DNA of 64,000 nt from Octopus vulgaris (lineage: Eukaryota), in NCBI GenBank assembly GCA_951406725.2, contig OX597820.1:127224001-127288000 (forward strand). Direction: 5' to 3'. This document shows positions 25,854-37,927 of this stretch, piece after piece. Made by a program: the position numbers and the translations under genes. The notes under the pieces are model-generated. The model had not been told where the DNA came from and did not search any database. It worked only from the letters and a program-made list of their open reading frames with translations. Numbering within the stretch: the first letter of the stretch is position 1; each line of letters begins with the position of its first letter.

Positions 25854-27030
25854 GAAATAACTACTGTAAGGTTAAATGATGTGTTGAAGAGCAAAAGCAA
25901 AACGTTGGAAATATAATTTCAATTCAGAGTTTAGCTTATGACAATCTATAATTTGTTTCCTAACTCTGAACTATTGATCCAAATCAACAACGGTGTGCTG
26001 AAAGATCCAACAAATGGTAATCCAAATAATACAGAGTTTCAGTGGTAATCTGGGTGGAGTTCAGGGATAAAGGTAATCCTTGAAGGTGACGGTGGTCCAA
26101 GAAGTAGGGCAGAAGGGAGATGAGAGTTTGAGGGGAGGAACAGGTTCAATCAGGCAGGAATGCGTACAGGTATGCATTGACTGGAGTTATCATTGTGGAT
26201 CACTTGTACTGGTGCATCCCTTGAGCAGATTTGACATAGACACTCAAAATCCTTAACAATAACTCACAACTCCAACTTACAAGACATCGAAGATAGTCTT
26301 TGTTGTAATGAAGTTAACCTGTATTCGAATAACATTCTCTCCATCTTTCTTGTGTGACCCACTGTTTGTTGTGAATTAGTTAAGTACTAAACACATAGTA
26401 CTGGATACAAGTACTATTGATTTAAAACAAACAAAAAAAGACACTAAAAGATTTGTTAAGGGGTTTATTTAACTGCTTTATTGAGCTTATTAAATACCCC
26501 ACCCTACCCCCACCATCGCTTGTGTTTCCTTAGATTGTGATGGTAGTTGTTTCGCTCAAGGTCAACTATGATCAATGCCGTTCCAACCATAGCCTTCCTG
26601 TCCTTTTTTTAAATCAGGCTTTTTATTTTTCTATTTTAATGTATAGTAAGCCTTGAAAGAGATTTGGCTATTATTTCCAGCAGGTCTAATAGACCATATA
26701 AAGGCCTTCCTATTAAGTTTTATTAGAAAATTGTGATGGGCCCTCTTATGATGTAATTTTGAGTCTGTCAGCAAATGATATAAGACAGGGAAACATTATG
26801 ACTCGAAACCAGCAGATTTTATTTGATAATCACCAAACATTTCCAGTAATCCACAGATGGATTACTAAAACTTGATGATAAAAGCTTGTGTTTTCTACTC
26901 AGACTCGGTTGATGTGGATTTTTCCACTTTAATACACAAGGGATAAATGAATTATTTATTGGAGTATTAATGTTTGTGATTGGCTTATATTAATACTGAT
27001 ATATAATTTTTTTTCTTCTTCTTTTCACAG

Positions 27031-27075
27031 GAGAGCTTTAGAAGAACGTGGAACAATGAATTTCGGATATTCACG
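27031..27075 (+). CDS. 45-nt internal coding exon: (R)RALEERGTMNFGYS(R)
   Basis: Strong polypyrimidine acceptor TTTTTTTCTTCTTCTTTTCACAG|G; donor CG|GTAAAT; phase 2/phase 2, open and in frame with both neighbours. Confidence 0.8.
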
Positions 27076-27332
27076 GTAAATATCATGTTTAGAGTTATTT
27101 TGTTAATGTTGGTTGTCTTTTAATTGATATTTTGTTAATGAGGATGTGTATTACACCAAGCTTGTGGTTGTCACATCTGTGACAGTTTCTTCCATTTTAA
27201 GAAATTGAGAATATCTATCTTATTTCTTATGCTGACCCTATCTTATTATTGACACACACAGAAAAGACATTTACAGCAATTATGCCTTATATTATCCCCA
27301 GGTGAGGCCAGTCAAATAATGCTGGGATTTTT

Positions 27333-28020
27333 CTTTTATCTCTTACTTGTTTCAGTCACTGGTTTGCAGCCATGCTGGGGCACTACCTTGAAGAATTTAG
27401 TTGAACAAATCGACCCTAGTATATATTTTTATTGCTCAAGTCTGGTACTTATTAAATTGATCTCTTTGCCAAACTGCTAAGTTATGGGGATCAAAACAAA
27501 CCAACACGCACGCATGCACACACACACACACACACGATAAGCTTTGAATTTCTGTTAACCAGATCCATTCACAAAGGCTTTGGTCAACCCAATTCCCAAC
27601 AAATATCATCTAGACTTTCAATGATTTTGGGGGGAAATATTTTGGTCTAGCAAATCTCTCCTTATCTCCTTCAGTGAGGATTACATTGTTCTTGGGCAAG
27701 AAAAATGTCAGTCCATCATCTAAAGCTAAATCCAGTTTTAAATAAATAAAAATACAGATTTGTCTCGATTTTATGAAAATAGACAAACATTCAGATGACA
27801 GGTCAAAATTGTTTATGTGGGGTAACTTTATATTTAGGCATGGAACGTGCATTTTCCTGCAATTCAGACCCCCTCATGGTCCCAACAGACAAAATGGGAG
27901 GAAAAGTGTTGCCCCAGAAGATGGCTATAATTAAGGACACTTGTCCAAGGTGCCACACAGTGAGACTGAATGAATCTGAAACCATGGTAATTGGGGAGCA
28001 ACCCTCTTTCCACCATTGCA
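27333..28020 (-). mobile_element. SINE family A split by an unrelated insert of about 330 bp
   Basis: Tail and body at 27333-27590; head at about 27920-28020. Confidence 0.65.
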
Positions 28021-28540
28021 TGTCTTCCTTTGTGACAAAGTACAATGCATATAATATACATGTTTCTCTTTAAAACTTATTCAGTACTGGCTATTTTATT
28101 TTATGTAGTAAACTTTTAAATTAAAAGTTAGTGTTCCATAATATTTCAACTCTTTTGTTACCATATTTTTGCTGAAATTCAGTCTTTGTTTAAAAAAAAG
28201 TAATTTAGTGAAATAACTGTATTAAGTTAGTGTTTTGATCATTAATTTACATAAAATTTTGATAAGCATTTGTATCATAGGGCTAAGGGTAATTTCAGGT
28301 AGGTTGCTTTCAAAAGGGCTTATATTGTGTTCACTGTGCTGTAGATAGAAAACAGTTTGAAATTTACTGCACACAGTCTTGTGAACCAGATGTGGAGGTA
28401 GCTTCTATGCTGTAATTGTTCAGGGTATTCAATAGAGCAGTATCAAATCTCTCTTCATAAGCTACCGAGATAGCATCTGTATAACAACTTCATTGACTTG
28501 AAGCAGCAATTTAATCTCCTTCAAACCACATTCTAATATT

Positions 28541-28895
28541 TTAACCCTTTAGCGTTTAAACTGGCCTTTATCATGCCCGAATATCCTCCCTGTTTTATGT
28601 CCAAACTGGCCAGATCTGACCTCACAGATTTACTCCACAATCACATCATCAAAATCTCAAAGCTACAAGATACTACATGATAAACCCTTTAGCATTTAAA
28701 CAGGTCATATCCAGCCAAAATTTTCTATCTGTTTTGTGTTGAAACCAGCTAGACCTGGCCTCTCACACCTACCCTACAATTTGACATAACCAATCACATC
28801 TTCGAAATCTCAGTTACAAGATAATGCATAATTAATTCAAAACAATGTGAATAAATATTACATTTGACAGAGTAATCTGAATGCTAAAGAGTTAA
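28541..28895. mobile_element. Tandem pair of piggyBac-type MITE family 2 within a family F remnant
   Basis: Two starts (T)TAACCCTTTAGC at about 28541 and 28681; end GCTAAAGAGTTAA. Confidence 0.75.
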
Positions 28896-29160
28896 AAGAG
28901 GAAGACACATTGACTATTGTAGTCTCAGTTATGCAAAAGCAAAATATGATCTTCACAGCTAGAATTACTTCAAACTTATATTCCTTTACTCAAGACTAAC
29001 CTTGGGTGAAACAGCAGGTCTGTTATCATTAGAATTGGAATTACATGTTTTTTAAGTTTCAAAACTGTGATATTTTATAAAGTTTAAAAAATGGGATTTT
29101 ACTGAGTAGAATGCTGATCAGATGCTGAAATTGATCGAGAATTGTATCTGTGATCCTCTA

Positions 29161-29382
29161 TTAACCCTTTTGCTACCAACCTGGCTGAAACCGGCTCTGA
29201 GTACAAATGTCTTGTTTTCATAAGTTTTGAATTAAAATCTGCTGCCAAACCTTAGTCTCAATTTATGTTCCTAACACTAGCTGAATGGTAACTAAGTTAT
29301 TTTACTAAATTCTTTGTTATATATCGAGTAATTGAAAGAAACACAGAGCATCTCAACAGAAATACAGCAATGAAAGGGTTAA
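29161..29382. mobile_element. piggyBac-type MITE family 1
   Basis: TTAA-CCCTTTTGCTAC...GCAATGAAAGGG-TTAA; closely similar to 52951-53170. Confidence 0.85.
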
Positions 29383-30068
29383 TGTATCTCGAGTATTGGA
29401 TCTAATGGTCACTGAAACATTTAAGAACTCTGCACATTCAATGTTTCTACCAGAGATTTATTCTCTCTCATTACTCACAATGGTCTTTCACCTCTGACAA
29501 CTTCAGTGAGAGCAGTGTTGCCACACCTGACAACAGCAAAGTGTTCTCTTGTGTCTGGAATGAGAGCCTCTTTTTTGTTTTTTGTTTTTTTGTCCCTTCA
29601 TCCTCTTTTTATGATTAGAAAACTTTTTAAATGTTCTCATTACTATATTTCTGTTGAAACAAACTGCTTTTGTTTCAATTTGTTTGAAGAATAATGAAGG
29701 AATTATTAAATGGTGTTTAGAACATAGGCACAAAGATTTTGATGGAAGGCTTTAGTTTTAATTGAAAACAAGAAGTTTGTTTCATAGAGTGGGGAGGATG
29801 AGTGTTTCAGGAAAGGGTTAAAATGGAGCTTGTGCCGACAGACATACTCTATTAACTCTAGTGTACTTTAAGGTTCATTAATGGCCCCCACAACCTTCCT
29901 TCTGTACATTAATAACATATTTATTGTCATTTATATTAGCACACATTTCTAGTACAACAATATTCTTTTCCACTCCTTAAGTTCTTCACTTTCTTTAGAG
30001 CACAGGCCATCAACAACTTTTCTCCACCATTCTCAAATCTGGGCTGTCTTTTCTGCTTCTCTCTAGTT

Positions 30069-30391
30069 CAGTAGTTCTCAACCAGGATTTATATGACCCC
30101 AGGAGGGTGGGGACTTCCATGTAAGGTGTTTAGGGGTTGATGCAAGCAAAATTGAGGATTTACAGTAGTATATTAAGGGTTCACGAAAAAATTTTGATTC
30201 TGATGTATTTAATGTAAGAAAGCTAAGTTTCTTTCTCTCACATTTTACATAGTTCAACCTTCACGAGTTAATGTATGAAAAAACAAAATAGGAACTTTAA
30301 AAGAAGTATCTATAAGACTAATTTTTAAGCAGCAAATGGCTAGGGGGGGGGGGCATCAGAGGTAAAATAGTAATCAATGGTTGAACCACTG
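30069..30391. mobile_element. hAT (Charlie-like) MITE
   Basis: TIRs CAGTAGTTCTCAACC / GGTTGAACCACTG; degenerate 8-bp flanks CTCTAGTT/TTCTGCTT. Confidence 0.65.
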
Positions 30392-30945
30392 TTCTGCTTG
30401 AATGCCTGCTTTTTCAGCTCTGCTTCGCTCTCCCTTTAGATTTTACTGCTCTGTCATATTTCTGATAAAGAAGGCCTTCTTCTCTCTCAGGTCTTGTTGG
30501 TATGATTTTTATGACAATACTAATTGTTTCTAATTCAACACAGTGCCAAAACTTTGTATGGGAAGGGGGTTTGTCAATTAAGCCAACCTCAGTACTTGAC
30601 CAATACTTTATTTTTTGAATCTAGAAAGAGAAAAAGGAAGCTTGACCTTCATTGGATTTGAACTCATCATCATTACAACCACCTTTGGTTATTATTCACA
30701 GTATGGTAGACTGGCAAAATTATAAAATAAAATGCTGTGTGGTATTTGTTCCAGCTCTTTACATTTCTGTGCTAAAATCCGTCCAGGTCAACTTTGCCTT
30801 TAAGTAGTGGGCGGCTGGTTCAATTATCTTCCTCTCTCTCCCCAAAGTTCATGGCATTTTGTCTGTTTAGCAACAGTTGTACTCCTGGGTCCATTGATTT
30901 TCTTATCACATTCCGTGTAGATTCACTTTGTTTCATCCTTTAGCT

Positions 30946-31258
30946 GTGGAGGCACATGGCCTAGTGGTTAGAGCTGCGGACTCGCGGTCGAGGGATCGCG
31001 GGTTCGAATCTCAGACCGGGCGATGTGTGTGTTTATGAGCGAAAACACCTAAGCTCCACACGGCTCCGGCAGAAAGTAATGGCGAACTTCTGCTGACTCT
31101 TTTGCCACAACTTTCTCTCACTCTTTCCTCCTGCATCTTGTAACTCACCTGCTACAGACTGGCGTCCCGTCCAGGTGGGGAACCTATACGCCAAGAAACC
31201 GGGAAACCGGCCCTTATGAGCCAGGCATGGCTCGAGAAGGAACAAACAACAACAACAG
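30946..31258 (+). mobile_element. Full-length young tRNA-derived SINE (family E; MetaSINE-like 3' domain)
   Basis: A-box TGGCCTAGTGG, B-box GGTTCGAATCT, CpGs retained, (AAC)n tail, 12-bp TSD CATCCTTTAGCT at 30934-30945 and 31259-31270. Confidence 0.92.
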
Positions 31259-32009
31259 CATCCTTTAGCTACAATCTTCACTTCTTAAAATGTCCAAAGC
31301 AGAGTGGTTATCATAATAATTTTCAAAATGTCTTTCTAACTTGAGAACCATTTTGAAAAGAAAACAAAATATGTTACGACTTTCTGGAATGTTGTCAGAC
31401 ATAATTATTTTTCGTGTTATTATTTTTATTATTTTTTTTTTATCAGTAGTTTTCATTTAATGTAATGTTTGTTATTGTAAAACGTAAACATGCACCTTAG
31501 TAACATAAGCACTTCCTCGAGAGTTGTTTAGACTTGTTTGCCAATTGAGATGGTTAACATCTTTTTAGCAGTTTGACTATAAACATTATTTCTTTTATGA
31601 AATTAGTGTTTCAACAATAAAATTATAATTGAAGCTAATTACTACTATATAAACAAGTTTTATAATAATGTCTGCCGCATAATACTTTGTACGTATGTGT
31701 ATATCACACATGCACACACACGTTCATGCTCTCGCTGATACCAGATTTTTAGGCTTTTTATGTGTGAAGAGGAAATTGGTTTTTAAGATACTAAGCAGTA
31801 GTGTTTTCGCAATAACATTTCTCAGTCTCTTAAAATAAGTGCATGAGGTGAGAATGTTTTCACTGAACACTAATTGAAGGGTTGTTGCTACTACCAAGAT
31901 ATATTTTAGTCTTGAAGCATTTGCTTCTCTGACATTATATTTCAACTGGGATGCTGCCAATAATACGGAGGGATATCTTGATATAACACCAACACCTCAT
32001 AGCTTTTGT

Positions 32010-32225
32010 ATTTTACTTGTTTCGGTCTTTGGACTGTGGCCATGCTGAGGCACCATCTTGAAGGGTTTGGCCAGAGAAATTGATCCCAGCATTTATTGTA
32101 AGCATGGTACTTATTCTATAGGTCTCTTTTTGCTGAACATCTAAGTTATGAGGGTGTAAATAAACCAACAGATGTCAAGTGATGGGTTGGAGAACAAACC
32201 CCAAGCCACACACGCACACACAGAT
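32010..32225 (-). mobile_element. SINE family A 3' part
   Basis: Reverse complement of the family A tail. Confidence 0.8.
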
Positions 32226-32360
32226 GTATACATATATGTATATATGTATGTGAGTGTGTGTATATATGTATATATGTATGTATGTATATAGTGAAAAGGT
32301 TCAACGAAAAAATTCCAAGGAAAAACGCAGAAATTGTATGTTGGAAAAAATATACAAATA

Positions 32361-33371
32361 GGCACAGGTATGGCTGTGTGGTAAGTGGCTTGCTTACCAA
32401 CCACATGGTTCCATGTTCAGTCCCACTGCATGGCACCTTGTGCAAGTGTCTTCTATAGCCTCAAGCCGACCAAAGCCTTGTGAGTGGATTTAGTCGATGG
32501 AAACTGAAAGAAGCCTGTTGTGTGTGTGTATTTTTATATAAGCTTAAAGCTTAAAGCTATCACCATGCAATGACTAAGAAAAATAGTCTAATAAAAGGGT
32601 ATATAAGCACTCGACAGAAAAAAAGAAGGCTTTCCTATCCGCATGGGAGTCAAATCCACATCCCTTTATTAGACTTTTTTTCCTTAATCATGGCACAGTG
32701 GTCGCTTTAAGCTTATATAAAAAAAAATACCATTATTATTATTTATAGGATTGTAAAAATAGCACTGTATAAAAAACCGTTTGTACCGAAAGCCAATATA
32801 TTTGTGTGTGTGTTTGTCCCTCCACCATCGCTTGATGACTAATGGGATGTGCTTATGGCCCCAAAATTTTGTGGTTCAGCAAAAGAGACCAATAGAATAA
32901 GTACTAGGCTTACAAAGAATAAGTCCTGGGGTCAGTTTCTTCAACTAAAGGCGGTGCTCCAGCATAGCTGCAGCCAAATGACTGAAACGCGTAAAAGAGT
33001 AAAATTAGACGCAGGCATAGCTGTGTGGTAAGAAGTTTGCTACCTAACCATTTGATTCCAGGTTCAGTCCTGCTGTGTGGCACCTTGGGCTGACCAAAGC
33101 CTTGTGAATGAATTTGGTAGACAGAATCTAAAAGAGCCTCATTGTAAATATACAAATATCTCTGTGTGTCTCTGTTTTCCCCCTACTACAGCTTGACAGC
33201 TGGTGTTGATATGTTTATATCCCCATAGCTTAGCAGCTTGGCAAAAGAGACCAATAGAATAAGTACCAGTCTTTAAAAATAAGTACCAGGGTTGATTCAT
33301 TTGACTAAAATTCTTCAAGGTGGTACCCCAGTATGGTTGCAGTCTAATGACTTAAACAAATGAAAGATAAG
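32361..33371 (+). mobile_element. Two tandem SINE family A copies, the first carrying a fold-back insert
   Basis: Heads at about 32361 and 33007; tails at about 33005 and 33371. Confidence 0.85.
32528..32730. mobile_element. Fold-back element with inverted arms of about 70 bp
   Basis: GTATTTTTATATAAGCTTAAAGC...AGTCTAATAAAAGGG versus CCCTTTATTAGACT...GCTTTAAGCTTATATAAAAAAAAATAC. Confidence 0.75.
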
Positions 33372-35328
33372 AATTTTCTGAAATAAAATTTACATAGCCA
33401 ACTTGTTTCGCTTACGCTAGTCATGACCAACTATTTAGTCATGGTTAGCCAGGCAACTATGTAAATATTTTATTTCATAAAAGTATTTTTTTTTTCCAAC
33501 ATAAAATTTTAGCATTTTCCTTTTTACACACACGCATGGATGCACACGCAATAGTCTGTAGTGGAAGATACTTGCTCAAGGTAGCATGCAGTGAGATTAA
33601 ACCCAAGACCGCATGATTAGGAAAGACTTTTTACCACAGAGCCACACCTGGAAAATACTTTGGTAAAATACACTTTAAAGTTCTAAGTGAGAATCCAGAA
33701 AGGATTCTATAGGTTAAGAGGTATATGGAGGTGGGTGTAGAGTTGTGGTCTTCAAAACAGTGACTACTGCCTGTAAAACTTAGATATTCTTTTGTTACTA
33801 ACTAAATTGCATTTCTATTCAACTATGATGTGTATCTTGACGCCAATACCTCTCTGCCAAAGGCATATGCATTTTTCATTAGATATAGCAATGGAGAGAG
33901 GGCATTTGAAAGCAAACAAAATTTGAATATAAATTATTAGCGCTTAGAATCACTATCTATTACTTGAGCGGCAGTGTTTGATCAGATCAATCAACACTTA
34001 AGTTTTAGATGATCTAGCTGGATATCAGAAAGGTCAAGTGGTTTGGGTTTCAGCCAAACTGACTAAAGGGTGAGAGGTGTGTTTTGCATCAACTCTGTTA
34101 TCAATGCTGCTATTGTTACTACTATTACTACTTTTAGCACCACCGTTACTAGGTGATTAAATTGATATAGGTACTGTATTTTAGAGAAGACAGTTTGATG
34201 TATTTTTTCTTATTTCCATGATTATAAAGTTTCAAACGTTAAAAGGGAAATCAACAAAATGTTTCAATAGTATCATACTGAGATTTGTTTTACTGACAAA
34301 AGAAATATTGCAGATATTGACTATGCACTCATTAAAACAAAATTATGAATATTATTAAGATAGCAAGCCGGTAGAATCATTAGGCAGCGAGCTGGCAGAA
34401 TCGTTAGCACGCTGGGCGAAATGCTTAGCAGTATTTCGTCTGCCGCTACATTCTGAGTTCAAATTCTGCCGAGGTTGACTTTGCCTTTCATCCTTTTGGG
34501 GTCGATAAATTAAGTACCAGTTACGCACTGGGGTCAATGTAATCGACTTAATGTCCTTGTTTGTCCCCTCTATGTTTAGCCCTTTGTGGGCAATAAAGAA
34601 ATAAGAATCATCAGCATGCTGGACATATGCTTAGCGGTATTTCATCAGTCTACGTTCTGAGTTCAAATTCTGTGATGGTTGACTTTACCTTTCATCCTTT
34701 TGGGGTCGATAAAATAAGTATCAATTGAGCACTGAAATCAGTGTAATTGTCTAACCCTCTCCCCAAAATTCCGGGCCTTGGGCCTGTAGTAGAAAGGATT
34801 ATTATTTTTATTATTAAGATGGCAAGCTGGTAGAATCCTTTGCATGCTGGACAAATGCTTAGTAGCTTCTCTTCTGGTTTTACCATCCAAGTTCGTACTT
34901 TCCTTTTATTTTCGGTGTCAGAATAAGTACCGATTGAACATTGGAGTCAATATACTTCACTTGCTCCTTTGCCCTGAATTTCATGCCATGTGCCCATAGC
35001 AGAAAGTATTATTATTATTATTATTATTATCATCATCATCATCAGACTGGTGGACAAAATAGCATTGGTCAAAATGCTTTGTGACCTTTATTCATGTTTT
35101 GAGCTCAAATCATACGATGGTCAACTTTGTTTTTCATTCCCTGCAGGGTCAATAAAGTGAAGTACCATCAAGTGCAGGAGGTGGTATAATCAACTATTCC
35201 TCTCTGTCAAATTTCAGGCCTTGATTCTGTGTTAGAAATAATAATATCATTATTAATACCAGCTGAATGGGGTTTATATATTCAACAAGTCCCCTCCCAC
35301 CTGATTTTCAGGCCTTGTCCTTATAGTA

Positions 35329-35471
35329 CAGTGGTTTCCAACCTTTTCACTACCAGAGACCTCTTTTATTTAAATGAGTTTTCCCAAGGACCCCTTTTAA
35401 TATGCTCATCTTTATGTGTGTGTGTGTGTGGAATTGAATTTAGTTTGCGGACCACAGGTTGGTAGCTGCTG
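35329..35471. mobile_element. Short hAT MITE inserted in a family B tail
   Basis: TIRs CAGTGGTTTCCAACC / GGTTGGTAGCTGCTG; 8-bp flanks TTATAGTA/CAATAGTA. Confidence 0.65.
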
Positions 35472-35965
35472 CAATAGTAGAATGAATTATTATTATTATT
35501 ATTAAAGCGGCAAGCTGGCAGAACTGTTACCATGTTGGGCAAAATGCTTAGTGGTACTTTGCCTGTTTTTATGTTCTGATTTAGAATTCCACTGAAGTCT
35601 CAACTTTGCCTTTCATCATTTCAGGGTCAATGAAATAGGTACCAGTTATGAACTGGGGTCAGTGTAATCAGATACCCCCTCCCTCCAAGTTTCAGGCCTT
35701 ATGCCTTCAGTAGGAAGGATTATCATTATTATTCAAGGTGATGATCTGGCAGAGTTGTTCACCTGCTGGGCGAAATGCATAGCAGTATTTCACCTATCTC
35801 TATGTTCTGGGTTCAAATTCTGCTACGGTCAACTTTGCCTCTTAGCCTTTTGCTATCAATAAATTAAGCACCACTGAAAGACTAGGGTCAATGGAATCAA
35901 CTAGTCCTCTCCCCCAAAATTTCCGATCTTTTACCTATAGTAGAAAGGATTAATATCATCATTAT

Positions 35966-36165
35966 TCAATAGTCCTATTCTTATCACGTGCTTTCACTGC
36001 ACCACCGAGCACAGCTTTGTGTGACTTGGGTATCTGCTGTAGTTTGTTGTGGTGCTCTTATTTCCACTGTATTGAAAGTGTTTTACATAGGATGCATGCA
36101 GTGCCTAGTAGTGCTATTTTCTGTGTGTTGTATATACTTGTAAGTCCTGGTGTTTTTGTTATGTA
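35966..36165 (-). mobile_element. 3' fragment of an RLE-type LINE (R4/Dong-like) in a (TAA)n tract
   Basis: Minus strand encodes TPGLTSIYNTQKIALLGTACILCKTLSIQWK* (cf. the QKxxLLGTAxILRxxL C-terminus); flanked by ATT repeats. Confidence 0.7.
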
Positions 36166-36598
36166 TATTATTATTATTACTATTATTATGGTAAAGGTGG
36201 CAAGCTGGCAGAATCATTACTGTATCAGACAAAAAGTCTTAGCAACATTTCCTCCAACTTTTTACACTCTGAATTGAAATTCTGCCGAAGTTCAAACTGT
36301 GACTATTAGAAATCATTATTTCTATTATAATTTAAAAAAAAAAATAAATCCAGAGAATTTGCAGACTCACTGGAGCGTATGCAGAATGCTTTGTGACATT
36401 TAGCTGAGTTTGTATGACTACTGTTAAAACCGGCTGAGGTGAACTCTGCCTTAAATAAAGTAATTGTCCACAGTATTCAAGTTAATACAACCAACACTAT
36501 GAGACTTCCAAATTTGAAGCCTTCTACTTGTGTAAGAAATCATTATTTTCAAAATTGTAATACATACATATATATATATATATATGTGTATATATATG

Positions 36599-36633
<35 letters not shown>

Positions 36634-37414
36634 ATGTCGAACAGTCAATGAAATGAGTGTCATTGCTTTTATTGTTATTGTTATGGACTGTATTTGTGTT
36701 GGAGAGAGAAGCTTTAGGTAAGCAGTCAACAAACAAGTTTCTATTATTAGATTTATAACTATTCTGTCATTTATTACAAAGCTAATAAAATTGAGAAAGG
36801 TTTCCAACTCAGGCAATCTTATTTCCTCTCTGTCCGTTCTGCTGCCATCAACAACTCTCGTTATCATTATCTGCTAACATCCACTTTTCCTTGCCTGCCT
36901 CTGTCAAATGGAATGCATCAAGGCTCCTTTTCTACGACTGGACGCCCTTTCTTGTTTCTTACCCTCACCTGTTTCCAAACAAGGTACTATTTCCCAACAG
37001 CCAAGCATGGCCCTCACCAATGAATAGAAACATAACAACATCACTTGTTTGTTTATAGCTGTCATGTGATATCAAGTGATGGATACAGACGAATGCACAA
37101 ACAGACATGCATGATTTCTCTCAGTTTCCACCTGGGGGCTTCAGCCTGGGACTATAGAAGACACTTGCTCAAGATCTGCATAGTGGAACTGAACCCAAGG
37201 CCATGTGGTTGGGAAACAAGCTTCTTAACCACACAGCCAGCTGTTGTATGTGTATTCACTTATACAACTACATTGTGTTAACACACACGTGGTTTAGAAG
37301 TTCACTCTGAAACCACCTGGTTCGGCTCTGTTTCACTGCATGGTTCTTTGGGCAAACATCTTGTATTATTGCCTCGGTTTGTCCAATGTCTTGCAAATGA
37401 AATTTGGTAGGCAG

Positions 37415-37927
37415 TACCATAAATCCTCAAGTATAATCCGCATTTTTTCCCCAAAATTTAATGGTCAAAATCCCTAGTGCGTACTATATACGAGGTTAAA
37501 AATGAAAAATATTTTCTAAGCAATGTCTGAGTCTCTATTTGCTGCCCAGCAATGCTTATTCCGACACATTTTGTGATGTCAGGCGCAAAAATACCTTAAG
37601 CTAAGCCTGAAAGCAATGAAGTCATAAAAGAATCATCCATAACTTGCAGTAAGCAACATTTATTAAAATAAAAGTATTCAGAACACAGAATAACATGTAA
37701 CAAAAACAATTTGCAAACATATTTACATTCCCATATAACAGTTAAGAACATCACCATTATTGTATTACGCATGCGCAGAAGTGTTTGTTCGACTAGGTGC
37801 TGCTGGCTTAATTACACATTACTCAAGTTAGAGAAGGGGTGCGTATTAGGTTTTTCAGAAGCACAGCCCCCTAAAAATCCCCTGCGTATTATACTTAAGG
37901 GCGGACTATACTCGAGTATTTATGGTA
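37415..37927. mobile_element. pogo/Tc2-like MITE
   Basis: TIRs TACCATAAATCCTCAAGTATAATCCGC / GCGGACTATACTCGAGTATTTATGGTA with TA ends; subterminal TGCGTA(C/T)TA repeats; interrupts an older SINE. Confidence 0.85.

Larger units (their letters stand above)
34356..36540 (+). mobile_element. Head-to-tail array of about 8-9 SINE family B copies with nested insertions
   Basis: Repeated GCTGGCAGAA...GAGTTCAAATTC...TTTGCCTTTCATCC units separated by (ATT)n; a young copy at 34383-34603 has TSD AGAATCAT(T/C)AG. Confidence 0.88.

Noticed and set aside
25960-26180. G-rich island with donor CAG|GTATGC and a minus-strand LLDLSA peptide
   Set aside because: Stops in the required frame; the reverse-transcriptase-like peptide is too short to support a LINE call.
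30946-31020. tRNA gene candidate
   Set aside because: It has A and B boxes but no proper acceptor stem, and continues into a SINE body, tail and TSD.
34356-36540. CRISPR-like or satellite array
   Set aside because: Units are diverged SINE copies of about 200 bp in a eukaryotic context, with no identical short repeats, spacers or cas genes.
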